DNA of 64,000 nt from Escherichia coli phage vB_EcoM_Shy. The stretch lies in the sequence record MT833282.1. One strand, 5' to 3'. This document shows positions 50,679 to 61,594 of this stretch, piece by piece. The stretch's first letter is position 1; every line of letters starts with the position of its first letter. The position numbers and the translations under genes are program-made. The notes under the pieces are model-generated. The model worked only from the letters and a program-made list of their open reading frames with translations. It made no database searches and was not told where the DNA came from.

Positions 50679-51533
50679 ATGTTTGAAAAGATTGATAGTG
50701 TTTATTACAAAACACTTGATGAACGAACTGTAACACAGTTTAAAGATAAGTTTATCTACACAAGTATCTTGAAAGCAATCACCGATGAGTTACAAACATT
50801 AGAGGATGTTTGCTGGCAGATGCACACAGAGAGAAATATTAGGACGTCAGTAGGCCAACAACTTGATAATATTGGCTCACTGATTAAAGTTCCTAGACCT
50901 TTAGGTGCTGATGATGAAACATATAGAGCTATGCTTTATATCCAAATCTTCCTAAGACGCTCTGACACTACTCCAACATTCTTGCAAAAAGCAATTATGA
51001 CACTGTATGGTGCAACTTTCTCTCAGATTTTTGAGCATATTACTCCTAAGACTGGTGGTATCGTTATCCGTATCAACACTAGGAAAAGCGTTCTAGATGC
51101 TGCATATACACTGTCAAAGATTTCTGCAACAACTACTGGCTCCGCTGTTATCTTAAGAGATGTTACTTTAAAGGGAACTGCTTGGACACCTGTAGAGGTT
51201 GCTGATTCATCACTTGCTATTGTTGATGATAAAGAGAACTGGTTTGTAACTGATGCTAACAGAGGTCTTGTCACAAATAACACTGGTGGCTCTCTGGAGT
51301 CCAACCTAGTAGGGAGCCTTGCAGATGCTGGTGTTATTGATGGTTACTTTAAGGTTGACAGAACAGCAAACTCACAGAGCGATGATTATATGACTGTAGA
51401 TAGGTCTAATAATAGCGGCTATTTCATCGTTGGTAAAGAAGCTATTGCAGGTGGTGCATACGGAATCATGGCTGAGGTTGCACAAATTGTCAAAGGCAGA
51501 AAAGATAAATCACAACAAGAAGGAAATTCTTAA
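50679..51533 (+). CDS. baseplate or tail-fibre-attachment protein (putative)
   Basis: 284-aa ORF before the tail fibre genes. Confidence 0.35.
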   Translation: MFEKIDSVYYKTLDERTVTQFKDKFIYTSILKAITDELQTLEDVCWQMHTERNIRTSVGQQLDNIGSLIKVPRPLGADDETYRAMLYIQIFLRRSDTTPTFLQKAIMTLYGATFSQIFEHITPKTGGIVIRINTRKSVLDAAYTLSKISATTTGSAVILRDVTLKGTAWTPVEVADSSLAIVDDKENWFVTDANRGLVTNNTGGSLESNLVGSLADAGVIDGYFKVDRTANSQSDDYMTVDRSNNSGYFIVGKEAIAGGAYGIMAEVAQIVKGRKDKSQQEGNS

Positions 51534-51835
51534 TGGCAGTTTTAAATTGGTCTACAAATGAAGTGGATACTGATGGTAATCAGTTAAAAGTTTTACCACC
51601 ACCGGAAATTCAAGAGACAGGTCTTTTAAAGGGTGAGCCTATGGGTAGACAGTGGTTCAACTATATTATCAACTACCTGCTGAATAAAGTAAACGGCACT
51701 GTCGGTGAAGTTCGCTCATATGCAACTGAGCAACCAGATTTAGTGGCTAATGGCTGGAATCTGATTAAGTCTGAGACAGGGACTGCATCAACAAGTACAA
51801 GAAACCTTTACACATATGAATATGTAGGAGCTTAA
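51533..51835 (+). CDS. hypothetical tail protein
   Basis: 100-aa ORF, coupled. Confidence 0.35.
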   Translation: MAVLNWSTNEVDTDGNQLKVLPPPEIQETGLLKGEPMGRQWFNYIINYLLNKVNGTVGEVRSYATEQPDLVANGWNLIKSETGTASTSTRNLYTYEYVGA

Positions 51836-51837
51836 TA

Positions 51838-53013
51838 ATGGCAGTAGGTGAAATTCAAATTAGTGCCTTGCCACAAGCGGCCTTACCAATTGATTTGAGT
51901 GATATCTTCCACCTTAAGCAAGGTGTTGAGGATAAAAGATGTACGCTTGAACAGTTGTTAGCACCTCACGCATCTTTGAGGAATAACCCTCATGGTGTAA
52001 CTAAATCGCAAGTTGGCCTTGATAATGTTATTAACTCTCTTCAATTAGTTGCAGCTAATAACTTGTCAGATATTGTAAATGTTGCTGAGGCAAGAGCAAA
52101 TCTACAAATTATGTCGTCAGAGGAAGTGAATAACTTAATCCAGCAACATATCGACGACAAAAGTAACCCACACAATACAACGAAAGCACAGGTAGGGTTA
52201 AGTAATGTTCAGAACTGGACAACATCCAACCTGTACAATGAAGATGCTGATAAATATGCTACCGCGAGAGCAGTGAATAATCTATACAAAGCTATCCAAG
52301 CATCATATCCAGTGGGGACTATTCATCTGTCTGTTAACTCTGCTAACCCATCCACTTACTTGCTTTGTGGAGGTACTTGGGAGTTGGTTTCTAAAGGTAG
52401 GGCGCTTGTTGGTTATGATACAGAAGCTAGACCTGTTGGTTCAACGTTCGGTTCTCAGACTGTAGCATTAACAAATAATAATTTACCAGCACACACCCAC
52501 TCTATCTATTTAACAGGTGGTGGTCACACACACTCTGCAAGCGTATCTATCTCTAGTTTTGATTATGGTTCAAAAAGTACATCAACTTTTGATTACGGTA
52601 CAAAAACGACTAATAGTGCTGGTGCTCACACTCACACGTTTAGCGGCACGACAAGTAATGATGGTAACCATAACCATAGAGTACCACTGAGAGGTAATGA
52701 TAGAAGTGGGGGGGATGCTATTACTGCATCTGCTTATGCTGGGGTTAATAATAATACGTATACTGATTTAGCAGGTGCTCACACCCATAGCTTCTCAGGC
52801 ACAACTGCATCATCTGGTGCTCATAGCCATACTGTTGCAATTGGTGCTCATAGCCACACTGTTAATATTGGTTCACACAGTCATACGGGTACTGTTACTG
52901 TCTCTAACTCTGAACATACACACTCAGGAACATCTGGTTCTGTTGGTGGTGGTCAAGCTTTCAGTGTTGAGCAGCCATCTTTTGTCGTATATGTATGGCA
53001 GAGAACAGCTTAA
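51838..53013 (+). CDS. tail fibre protein with C-terminal HxH-repeat domain
   Basis: 391-aa ORF; C-terminal repeated GAHTH/GAHSH/GSHSH motifs and SFDYG(S/T)K(S/T)T repeats shared with the following larger fibre gene. Confidence 0.7.
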   Translation: MAVGEIQISALPQAALPIDLSDIFHLKQGVEDKRCTLEQLLAPHASLRNNPHGVTKSQVGLDNVINSLQLVAANNLSDIVNVAEARANLQIMSSEEVNNLIQQHIDDKSNPHNTTKAQVGLSNVQNWTTSNLYNEDADKYATARAVNNLYKAIQASYPVGTIHLSVNSANPSTYLLCGGTWELVSKGRALVGYDTEARPVGSTFGSQTVALTNNNLPAHTHSIYLTGGGHTHSASVSISSFDYGSKSTSTFDYGTKTTNSAGAHTHTFSGTTSNDGNHNHRVPLRGNDRSGGDAITASAYAGVNNNTYTDLAGAHTHSFSGTTASSGAHSHTVAIGAHSHTVNIGSHSHTGTVTVSNSEHTHSGTSGSVGGGQAFSVEQPSFVVYVWQRTA

Positions 53014-53021
53014 TTTCTTTA

Positions 53022-53045
53022 CAGGGGCTTTGTAGCCCCTTTTAA
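53022..53045 (+). terminator. weak terminator-like hairpin
   Basis: AGGGGCT-TTGT-AGCCCCT followed by a short T-run. Confidence 0.35.
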
Positions 53046-53059
53046 GAGGAAAATTTATA

Positions 53060-55429
53060 ATGGCAGATTACAAATTGAGTCAATTAAACTCAATCGACAC
53101 AATTCGTTCAGAAGACCTATTGCACATCAGAGTTAAGAAAAGACCTGAAATGTTGGGTGACGAAGACCGTAGAATGACCTATCAAGACTTCTTAGCTTCC
53201 TTCAAACTAGAAAGGTTTGTTCAGATTGCTGGGAGTACTATGGTTGGGGATTTAGGTATTGTCAAGTTACTTTACGGTGGCAAGGCTGTATTTGACCCAA
53301 CAGATTCTTCTGAGATTACTATTGGGGATATTTTAAAGACTTTTAAAATTAACTCAAATGGTCTTAAACTCACTATTGCAGATGCTTCAAGGTCGGCAAC
53401 TGTTTATCATACTTTGAATAAACCAAGCCCTAATGAACTTGGTATGAGAACTAATGAAGAGAATGATGCAAGATATGCAAGGCTTGCTGTCACAAATAAC
53501 TTCAGCATTAGGCAAGCAATCGTAACTGATGGTGAGCAGTTAACTCTTAAGAAGGCAACCAATGCAGGTGCTTCATATATTCAAGGTAGAGATGCTAATA
53601 ACCAGCAAACTTGGTATGTTGGACAGGGAAATGCAAACAGCACTAATGTTTATTTGTACAATCATGCTACTGGTGCAATGTTAACCCTTGATGCAACAGC
53701 AGCATTTAATAAGTCACTTAGAATCACTGGACAAGTTCAACCTTCAGATTTCTCTAACTTAGATGCTAGATACTTCACTCAGACAGTTGCTAATCAGAGA
53801 TTTGCACAGTTAGCTGGTAATAACACTTTTACAGGTGCTAATACATTTAGGACTATGAGTATTATCTCAAATGCTGCTGCTATCACACTACAATGTGCAT
53901 CAGCAAATGAATCCCTGTATCTACTTGCAAAAGATTATCAAGGTGGTAACTTATGGTATGTTGGTAAAGGTAGCTCAGGTGATGGTGTAACTATCTACAA
54001 CTATACCACTAACACCTCTTTGGTCTTAGATGCTGCTGGAGTATCAGCAAATAAAAATGTCAGAATCACTGGTCAAGTTCAACCTTCTGATTGGGCTAAT
54101 ATTGACTCTAGATACATTCCAGCAGGGACTTTGAGTAACCTTGCTAAACTGAGTGATGTGAATACTTTTAGGTCTGCGCAAGTTATTAAACAGAATGGTC
54201 CAGTGTTGCAGCTAAGGAATACTATTCAGGACAGGGAGCTATATATCTCTGCTCATAATGCTGATGATGTTAGAAAGTGGTACATCGGTAACGGGGATGC
54301 TAACCCAGCAAGGCTTATTATCCACAACGACAGAACTGCAACTACGATTTATATGCAAGACGATTTCTTGCTGAATAAAACAGTTAGAATCACTGGTCAA
54401 GTTCAACCTTCAGATTTCTCTAACTTAGATGCTAGATATTATACGCAATCTGTTGCGAACTCTAGGTACATGCTTGCTGTATCTACTGGTTCTGGTACAG
54501 AGGTTGGTGATGGAGATGGTATTGCTTGGAATGCTAGAACTGGTTTGTATAATGTTACAGGGAAATCTGGCGGTTCAACACAACTGGTTTATCAGATGTT
54601 TATCGGTGGTGGTTCAACACCAACTGCACAGTTGAAGTTTAGCTACGGGAATGGTGGTATTTCGTACAGGACAGCACGAGATGGGTATGGTTTTGAGAAG
54701 GCATGGGCTAAAATCTATACAGACCAAGATAAACCAACACCTTCAGATATTGGTGCATACACTAAAGCAGAAACTGACCAGAAGATTGCAGAAGCAATTA
54801 GTGACTCTACAGACCTGAATAAAATCTATCCAGTAGGTATTGTAACGTGGTTTAACAGTAATGTTAACCCTAATACAGCACTTCCTGGGTTAACTTGGAC
54901 GTACCTGAACAATGGTGTTGGCAGAACTATTAGAATTGCAGCAGCAAATGGTTCAGATGTTGCTACAACTGGTGGTTCAGACTCTGTAACGTTATCTGTT
55001 GGTAACTTACCTTCACACACGCATAGTTTCTCTGCTACCACTTCATCATTTGATTATGGTACTAAGACGACAAATACGACTGGCAACCATGCTCACAATA
55101 GAGGTAACATGGAAATTTCTGGTGTGGTTGGTTGGTTCAGAAGTGATAGCAGTGCATTCTACACTGCGAGCGGTGCGTTTCAGATGGGTAGTTCTCAGGC
55201 TTCACATGGCTTCACAGGCTCTAACTTCACTTACGGTGCTGCTGCTGATTTCCACGCGTCAAGAACTTGGACAGGTGTAACCAACACAACAGGTAACCAC
55301 AGCCACACTGTTGGTATTGGTGCTCACAGCCACACAGTTAGCGGTAACACTGGTGGTACAGGTTCTGGTTCAGCATTTAGTGTTACTAACCAGTTCTACA
55401 AGTTAATGGCTTGGGTAAGGACTGCTTAA
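53060..55429 (+). CDS. large tail fibre protein (three internal repeats, C-terminal HxH domain)
   Basis: 789-aa ORF; triplicated segment (R)ITGQVQPSD(F/W)(S/A)N(L/I)D(A/S)RY; C-terminal HTHSFSATTSSFDYGTKTTN...GNHSHTVGIGAHSHTV paralogous to the previous gene. Confidence 0.75.
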   Translation: MADYKLSQLNSIDTIRSEDLLHIRVKKRPEMLGDEDRRMTYQDFLASFKLERFVQIAGSTMVGDLGIVKLLYGGKAVFDPTDSSEITIGDILKTFKINSNGLKLTIADASRSATVYHTLNKPSPNELGMRTNEENDARYARLAVTNNFSIRQAIVTDGEQLTLKKATNAGASYIQGRDANNQQTWYVGQGNANSTNVYLYNHATGAMLTLDATAAFNKSLRITGQVQPSDFSNLDARYFTQTVANQRFAQLAGNNTFTGANTFRTMSIISNAAAITLQCASANESLYLLAKDYQGGNLWYVGKGSSGDGVTIYNYTTNTSLVLDAAGVSANKNVRITGQVQPSDWANIDSRYIPAGTLSNLAKLSDVNTFRSAQVIKQNGPVLQLRNTIQDRELYISAHNADDVRKWYIGNGDANPARLIIHNDRTATTIYMQDDFLLNKTVRITGQVQPSDFSNLDARYYTQSVANSRYMLAVSTGSGTEVGDGDGIAWNARTGLYNVTGKSGGSTQLVYQMFIGGGSTPTAQLKFSYGNGGISYRTARDGYGFEKAWAKIYTDQDKPTPSDIGAYTKAETDQKIAEAISDSTDLNKIYPVGIVTWFNSNVNPNTALPGLTWTYLNNGVGRTIRIAAANGSDVATTGGSDSVTLSVGNLPSHTHSFSATTSSFDYGTKTTNTTGNHAHNRGNMEISGVVGWFRSDSSAFYTASGAFQMGSSQASHGFTGSNFTYGAAADFHASRTWTGVTNTTGNHSHTVGIGAHSHTVSGNTGGTGSGSAFSVTNQFYKLMAWVRTA

Positions 55430-55508
55430 TCCCTTGTTGACTGATTGTTAAGATGGTGTTAATATTCTTTATGGGTATTCTCACCATCTTGGCTGATGAG
55501 GTGATTAA

Positions 55509-55706
55509 ATGCCTACAATCCTAGCAATTCTTCTAAAAAATCTAGGTAGCTTCTTCTGGAAACTCATTTTATCCCTTCTAAGTGAATACATGATTGAGAA
55601 AGTGTTCTTTAGGCTTGCAAGATACCTTGCGAGTAAAACAGACACACCTATTGATGATGAGTTCGTAGATAACTTAGAAAAAGCTTTTAAGGGGGAGAAT
55701 AAATGA
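55509..55706 (+). CDS. small membrane protein
   Basis: 65-aa ORF with N-terminal hydrophobic segment (ILAILLKNLGSFFWKLILSLL). Confidence 0.4.
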   Translation: MPTILAILLKNLGSFFWKLILSLLSEYMIEKVFFRLARYLASKTDTPIDDEFVDNLEKAFKGENK

Positions 55707-56074
55707 AGTGGCTAGAGGAAGCTTTTAAAAATAATATTGGTGCAATTGTAGTTGGTATTTTTAGTGTTATTGGGATGTATACCACCATGCAAGTTTCGGA
55801 TGGTAAACAAGAAGTGTCTATCACAACAAAGTTACAGCAGTTAGATAATTATTCCAAAAGTAATTATTCAGCTATTCGTGATTTACAGTCTGATATGAGG
55901 CTGCTTCAGCTAGGGATGGAGAACCAGAAAGTCCAGTTAGAGAATGTTAAGGGTGAGAACGCAAAACTTACCAAAACTCTTGATAAATTCTCTGATAGTG
56001 TGAACAATCTGGCTCAATCAGTATCAGCCCTCCAAGCTATTACTGAGAAGAACACAAAGAATACTGAAAAGTAA
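55703..56074 (+). CDS. membrane-anchored coiled-coil protein
   Basis: 123-aa ORF with N-terminal TM (IGAIVVGIFSVIGMY) and heptad-like C-terminus. Confidence 0.45.
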   Translation: MKWLEEAFKNNIGAIVVGIFSVIGMYTTMQVSDGKQEVSITTKLQQLDNYSKSNYSAIRDLQSDMRLLQLGMENQKVQLENVKGENAKLTKTLDKFSDSVNNLAQSVSALQAITEKNTKNTEK

Positions 56075-56081
56075 AGTTTAA

Positions 56082-56107
56082 GGCTCCTTTTTACGGGAGC
56101 CTTTTTT
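56082..56107 (+). terminator. rho-independent terminator between convergent operons
   Basis: GGCTCC-TTTTTACG-GGAGCC followed by TTTTTT. Confidence 0.7.
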
Positions 56108-56110
56108 GTT

Positions 56111-57010
56111 TTACTTACCGACTGATAATGGTGCTTCAATCTTTCCTGCATGTTGGTAGTTGTTAATACCACCAATAAAGTCACTTGCAGTGAGATGTTT
56201 TAAGTCACTTAAAGTGTTAAGTGGGATACCAATCTCAAAAGTAGGTGCATGAAACTCTTCATTATTCATCAGTTCATAAACCTGCTTCATATGATTCTGA
56301 TAAATCTGAGTATCTCCAAAGACACCTATCAAGTACCGTGGAGTGTATCCAGTCATCTTGCAAAGAACTTCCAGAATAAAACCGTAAGATGCAATATTAA
56401 ACGGAAGTCCTAAAAAGGTGTCTACTGAACGCTGATACCATTGTAAGTCAACTTCACCCTCGTTAGTAATATAAATCTGAAACAGAACATGACAAGGTGC
56501 TAGAGCCATTGAGTTTGCTGCAATATCTGCTGCATTCCAAGCATTAACAAGCATGTAACGGTCTGTGATATCACCCTTCATCTTTGTTACTAAGGTCTCT
56601 AACTGGTCTACAACACAACCATTATGACCTTCAAAGTTTCTCCACTGAACCCCGTAGATTCTCCCACCTGCATCTTCTAACCAATCTTGTTCAGAAGAAT
56701 AATTAGAGCTTAACCAGCGTTTAAAATCATCTGACCAGATAGTCCAGCGTTCTCCGTCATTTTCACCCCAAGTACGATAACGAAGTTCACCAAGCTTATT
56801 CTCGCCATTCAGGAACCATAAAGCCTCCCCAATAACTTGCCGTGTAAACACCTGTTTAGATGTTAAAAGCGGGAAACCAGTTCGCATATCAAAACGAAAC
56901 TGAGGTGGAGCAAATGCAGAGATAACATCTCCAGTTCGTGTAGTACGCAGTTCACCAACTGATAAAACATGGTTCAGGATATTTTTATAACTTGTATCTG
57001 CTTGTGACAT
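56111..57010 (-). CDS. td: thymidylate synthase
   Basis: 299-aa ORF with ThyA signatures (active-site region LAPCHVLFQIY, DTFLGLPFNIASYG). Confidence 0.93.
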   Translation of the reverse strand: MSQADTSYKNILNHVLSVGELRTTRTGDVISAFAPPQFRFDMRTGFPLLTSKQVFTRQVIGEALWFLNGENKLGELRYRTWGENDGERWTIWSDDFKRWLSSNYSSEQDWLEDAGGRIYGVQWRNFEGHNGCVVDQLETLVTKMKGDITDRYMLVNAWNAADIAANSMALAPCHVLFQIYITNEGEVDLQWYQRSVDTFLGLPFNIASYGFILEVLCKMTGYTPRYLIGVFGDTQIYQNHMKQVYELMNNEEFHAPTFEIGIPLNTLSDLKHLTASDFIGGINNYQHAGKIEAPLSVGK

Positions 57011-57011
57011 A

Positions 57012-57557
57012 TCAAAAGTGTCCTTTTACTTGTGGTGTATAGATATCAAAAGTTGCTTTCCCATCTGCTGATGGTCTTGACTGAATCTTAGCAAAAATTT
57101 TACGGTCATGCAACTTATCAAAGAAGTTCTCAAAAGGTAGGTACACAGTTGCCTTTTCAGTCACTTCATGGAAAACTGTATGAAACACTACATCAGCATA
57201 CGGTAAAGCACTGACAAGGATACCTGCACCACCAATTACGAAAACATCCTCTTCAATATTACTGTCAAGATACTTTAAAAATGCTCCAAAAGAGTCTTGA
57301 TGAGCTTTAGCAAACATAACATCATCTTTACTAAAGTCTATACCGTAATAAGGCACAGAGTTTGTTAAGATAAGGTTTTCACGTTCAGGTAAAGGATTAC
57401 TTCCCAGAGTCTTGAAAGTCTCGTTACCCATTATCACTAAGTTGTCTTTAGTGAGTCTCTTAAACTCTTGCATATCCTCTTTATGTCTAGGCCACGGCAT
57501 ACCAGTTGGAGTACCAAACTCCCCATTTTCACCACTTGCAAAGATTAATTTAATCAT
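57012..57557 (-). CDS. frd: dihydrofolate reductase
   Basis: 181-aa ORF; DHFR motifs (GMPWPRHKEDMQEF, VIMGNETFKTL, VIGGAGILVSALPYADVV); adjacent to td. Confidence 0.88.
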   Translation of the reverse strand: MIKLIFASGENGEFGTPTGMPWPRHKEDMQEFKRLTKDNLVIMGNETFKTLGSNPLPERENLILTNSVPYYGIDFSKDDVMFAKAHQDSFGAFLKYLDSNIEEDVFVIGGAGILVSALPYADVVFHTVFHEVTEKATVYLPFENFFDKLHDRKIFAKIQSRPSADGKATFDIYTPQVKGHF

Positions 57558-57814
57558 TTTGTAAACCCTCTCTTAATGAACCAGTTGATAACAGTCTTCA
57601 CAGCTTTATTGCTATGATAGATTAAGTGTGGTGTGGGCTGGTATGAACCATAAGCCCAGAAAGCAATGATTTCACTACACCCTGTACACCTTGTACTCTC
57701 TTCAGCAATATGACCGTTGACTATTTCACTCACCTCGCCCTGTAAGTCTGTACATCCACAATGTGGACAACGGATAGGTGTTCCATCAGACTCATAGCAG
57801 TGTTCAATTTTCAT
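57554..57814 (-). CDS. small zinc-ribbon protein
   Basis: 86-aa ORF with CPHCGC ... CTGC; start overlaps the frd end. Confidence 0.45.
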   Translation of the reverse strand: MKIEHCYESDGTPIRCPHCGCTDLQGEVSEIVNGHIAEESTRCTGCSEIIAFWAYGSYQPTPHLIYHSNKAVKTVINWFIKRGFTK

Positions 57815-58330
57815 TTATTTAACCTCAAAAACTGGCTCAAGAGCCAATATAAAGTCTACACAGTCATCTTCTTCATCCAGAATACCATCAAAGTTCTTAG
57901 GAACGAAGTCGAAGAGGCTCATAACAAAGCAGTCAGAAGTAACCCTAATAGTGCCTCCCATATTCTCTACAGTCAACACTGTACGACTTTCTTTTACCTC
58001 TCGCAGAAGATTACTCACAAAGTCATCTAAGAAGTACTTCATCAGTGACTTAAAACCTTTAGGATAATCTGTACCAGAGTATGTTTCAATCTGAGGTACA
58101 AGCTTAACATTTATACTAGTCTTTGCTAAGAACGTGCTAGAGAACATACTATCAGGTAACTTACAAACAGTCTTTCCAGTACCTTCATGTTCAATCTCAA
58201 CAAAACCAGCTTCGTCGCCACATGTAACTATTTTAAAAGATGCTTCATTCTCATACTGTGAAGCCATAAACTTTTTAAGCATTTCCTTAAGGAAATCTGC
58301 ATGAGCATCTTGTAAGTAGATATCAATCAT
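57815..58330 (-). CDS. hypothetical protein
   Basis: 171-aa ORF. Confidence 0.5.
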   Translation of the reverse strand: MIDIYLQDAHADFLKEMLKKFMASQYENEASFKIVTCGDEAGFVEIEHEGTGKTVCKLPDSMFSSTFLAKTSINVKLVPQIETYSGTDYPKGFKSLMKYFLDDFVSNLLREVKESRTVLTVENMGGTIRVTSDCFVMSLFDFVPKNFDGILDEEDDCVDFILALEPVFEVK

Positions 58331-58343
58331 AGTTAATCACCTA

Positions 58344-58703
58344 TTATGGGAACAGACACTTGATGTCATCATTTTTGAAAACGAAACTTGTGTAGTTGTG
58401 ACCATCAACATCCAGCCAAACCGCCTGAACATCGACACCATCAAGATTGTGGTAAAGCTCTTTGATGAAGTGGTCTTTCACAATCTGGCTGCTAGTGGTT
58501 TCCAGCTTAATGTTTGAGATTGCTGAACCTACAGCCATATAACCCATGACACGTTTCTTCTCAGTATGCTTAATCTTACCATCTTTGTAAGCCATAATGA
58601 GATTGGAGAGAATCTTTACACCATAATACTTTTCAAGGTGAGTAGGTGCACCATAAAAGCCTAATGCGAAGTTTTCAGAGTGGATAATGTTTTCACGTTT
58701 CAT
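58344..58703 (-). CDS. hypothetical protein
   Basis: 119-aa ORF. Confidence 0.5.
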   Translation of the reverse strand: MKRENIIHSENFALGFYGAPTHLEKYYGVKILSNLIMAYKDGKIKHTEKKRVMGYMAVGSAISNIKLETTSSQIVKDHFIKELYHNLDGVDVQAVWLDVDGHNYTSFVFKNDDIKCLFP

Positions 58704-58704
58704 A

Positions 58705-59034
58705 TTAATCTGCCAACCTTAAATTAAAATTAACACCAAATTTTTCACATACTTCCAACATAAACTCGAGAGAGACATTACCAGTGAGGTTGATTATGTT
58801 GGATACACGAGCCTGAGAGATACCACAAATTTTAGCAACTTGCTCTTGAGAAAGACCTCTGGATTTAATCTCTCTCTTAAAACGATGTGCAACGAAATCT
58901 CTCATTTCGTCTACATCCATTGGACAAATATAACTCTCCATTTCAGCTTCTCTGTCAGCCTCCCAATCATCTTGTGGAGCATAAGGGTCAAAAACCTCAT
59001 TCATCTTTCTTCTTCCGTTTACGTGAAGTGTCAA
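58705..59034 (-). CDS. HTH (XRE-like) DNA-binding protein
   Basis: C-terminal helix-turn-helix-like segment LSQEQVAKICGISQARVSNII. Confidence 0.55.
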   Translation of the reverse strand: MTLHVNGRRKMNEVFDPYAPQDDWEADREAEMESYICPMDVDEMRDFVAHRFKREIKSRGLSQEQVAKICGISQARVSNIINLTGNVSLEFMLEVCEKFGVNFNLRLAD

Positions 59035-59209
59035 TCAATGAATCTATGTTTGTAGCCCTAACCTTTTCACGTTCATCGTTAAGATAATCATCAAGAGCCT
59101 TCTCAATCTGTGAATCATCTTGACAGATAACTGTAAAGACTGTAAAGCCGTCTGTATCATCAATTATCTTACCATAACCGCTTCTGGGATGTAACTTTTT
59201 AAGAGCCAT
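58997..59209 (-). CDS. hypothetical small protein
   Basis: 70-aa ORF overlapping the HTH gene start region; one of the two starts may be misassigned. Confidence 0.35.
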   Translation of the reverse strand: MALKKLHPRSGYGKIIDDTDGFTVFTVICQDDSQIEKALDDYLNDEREKVRATNIDSLIDTSRKRKKKDE

Positions 59210-59210
59210 A

Positions 59211-59594
59211 TCAAATACCTGTGCAGCTTCTGTTTTCTAAGAAATACTCAACACCATACATAGCTTTTTGCATCAAATCTTCTTTAAACTGAATACGATG
59301 ATTAAGCATAGCCTGTACATCAATATCATCATGGTGCTTTTCTTTAATATTTGCAGATTGCAGGAAATACTCTCCAAGAACACGATACTGATAGTCAGTT
59401 ACCTTGTCAGTCATCTCTGTTAAAGACTCTTCAGAGATTGGTTTAAGTAACTCACCATTAGCCAAAGCAACACCTTTAACAATCTGACAAGTGTCTTCTG
59501 GAACACCTGATAAGTCCACATTTGGAAGTTCTGTTGCATTGACTGGTAAATTCATTGCCATAACCATTGCAGCAGCTAGTAAAATCTTTTTCAT
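59211..59594 (-). CDS. secreted or periplasmic protein
   Basis: 127-aa ORF with signal peptide MKKILLAAAMVMAMNLPVNA. Confidence 0.5.
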   Translation of the reverse strand: MKKILLAAAMVMAMNLPVNATELPNVDLSGVPEDTCQIVKGVALANGELLKPISEESLTEMTDKVTDYQYRVLGEYFLQSANIKEKHHDDIDVQAMLNHRIQFKEDLMQKAMYGVEYFLENRSCTGI

Positions 59595-59639
59595 AATGAC
59601 CTCAAAGTTATATTAAATTTTGTATTACATTGAGTATAA

Positions 59640-59686
59640 AAATAAGCTATAACACCTGACTTGTCAACAGATTTTATAGCTTATTT
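59640..59686 (-). promoter_or_regulatory. promoter (minus strand TTGACA) flanked by a perfect 12-bp inverted repeat AAATAAGCTATA/TATAGCTTATTT (operator-like)
   Basis: arms at 59640-59651 and 59675-59686; minus-strand TTGACA lies between them, upstream of the 59211-59594 gene. Confidence 0.5.
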
Positions 59687-59699
59687 GGCAGATTTTTTA

Positions 59700-60110
59700 T
59701 AAGGCTACTGCCATCCTTCCATACCAAACCCTACCGAACAGAACCATGCTTTGCCATACTGGACAACACCTGACCAGACATCACTTAAAAACCCTTTTCA
59801 AAGACTCTTAAGTGATGTAATCGAATTTTAATGTAGCTCCGATTAACTACCCATACCTTGCATTACTTCACCAAACCGTACATTACTTCACCAAACCATA
59901 CATTACCAGACCATGCCACACCTGTCCAAACTCAACCTCATTAAAAGACCCTCTTTAAAGACCTTTTAATAAGGTAAGTCTCATTTTAATGTAGCTGAGA
60001 CTAACTACCCATACCAGACCCTACCTTACCAAACCAGACCTCACCCTACCCCACCATACCGTATACTACCTCATTAAAAGACCCTGTTTAAAGACCTTTT
60101 AAAAAGGAGC
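59700..60110. repeat. G-poor (C/A/T-rich) intergenic module, copy 1
   Basis: tandem 21-bp units CATTACTTCACCAAACC(G/A)TA, ACC-rich tracts, two copies of the hairpin motif ending TAACTACCCATACC (59819-59857, 59978-60015) and TTAAAAGACCCT(C/G)TTTAAAGACCTTTTAA; related copy at 61250-61560. Confidence 0.65.
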
Positions 60111-60134
60111 CTCCGAAGAGGCTACCCAGTCAAC

Positions 60135-60575
60135 TTAGAAAGGTTTTCTGCGTTGCTTGTTAATGTTAGCTTTCATAGCAGCTAAATGGTTTTGCTGTTC
60201 AATCAGTCGTGAACGTTCTTGATGGCTAAGTGCCATAGTGTTCACATTCTCAATCGCTTGAGTAGCTTGCTTTAAAGCACGACCAATCTTACCAGACATT
60301 TTACGTTTTGCAATAGTTGCTTGATGCTTAGGTTCGACAACACGATAACCAACACCCATTGAAGCAACCAGATAAATCTTCTCTTCTTTAAGAAGCTTCT
60401 CAATAAACTTCTCAAGTCGGTTTAGACGTGTAAGTGCATAAGCCTTCATTTCATCTTCGTACTTAACAATGTCGCCTTGATAAGTTGGCTTCACAATACC
60501 TAAGAAGGTGTCCATCTCAGAATGTGATACAGTGTCACCGTAACTAAACTTTGCTGCTAATGCTTTTGTATTCAT
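60135..60575 (-). CDS. hypothetical protein
   Basis: 146-aa basic ORF between the two G-poor modules. Confidence 0.5.
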   Translation of the reverse strand: MNTKALAAKFSYGDTVSHSEMDTFLGIVKPTYQGDIVKYEDEMKAYALTRLNRLEKFIEKLLKEEKIYLVASMGVGYRVVEPKHQATIAKRKMSGKIGRALKQATQAIENVNTMALSHQERSRLIEQQNHLAAMKANINKQRRKPF

Positions 60576-60577
60576 AA

Positions 60578-61183
<606 letters not shown>

Positions 61184-61249
61184 TTAGTTGATTGTTAAGT
61201 TGTTTGTAAAGAACCCTCAACAGAAGACTCTTTAGAAACTTGGTAGATT

Positions 61250-61560
61250 TTTAACGTGGCTACTACCATCCACCCATACCGTGCCACACCACACCGGACT
61301 ATACCATGCCCAACCCTACTACACCAGACCTTATTAAAAAACCCTCTTAAAGACCTTTTAAAAAGGTAAGTCTCATTTTAATGTAGCTGAGACTAACTAC
61401 CCATACCTTACCGCACCGGACATTACCGGACCGCACATCACCGCACCAAACCAAACATCACATTACCTGACCTCACCGCGCCTTACCATACCTCACTTAA
61501 AAACCCTCTTAGAAGACCCTTAAGTGATGCTGGTGAGTACCCGTTGGTTTATGCTGCTCA
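61250..61560. repeat. G-poor (C/A/T-rich) intergenic module, copy 2
   Basis: shares AAAGACCTTTTAAAAAGGTAAGTCTCATTTTAATGTAGCTGAGACTAACTACCCATACC (hairpin 61370-61393) and ACC-rich CACCGCACC tracts with copy 1. Confidence 0.65.
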
Positions 61561-61594
61561 GTATACTCACCAAATTTTCTATGTCAACAACTTT

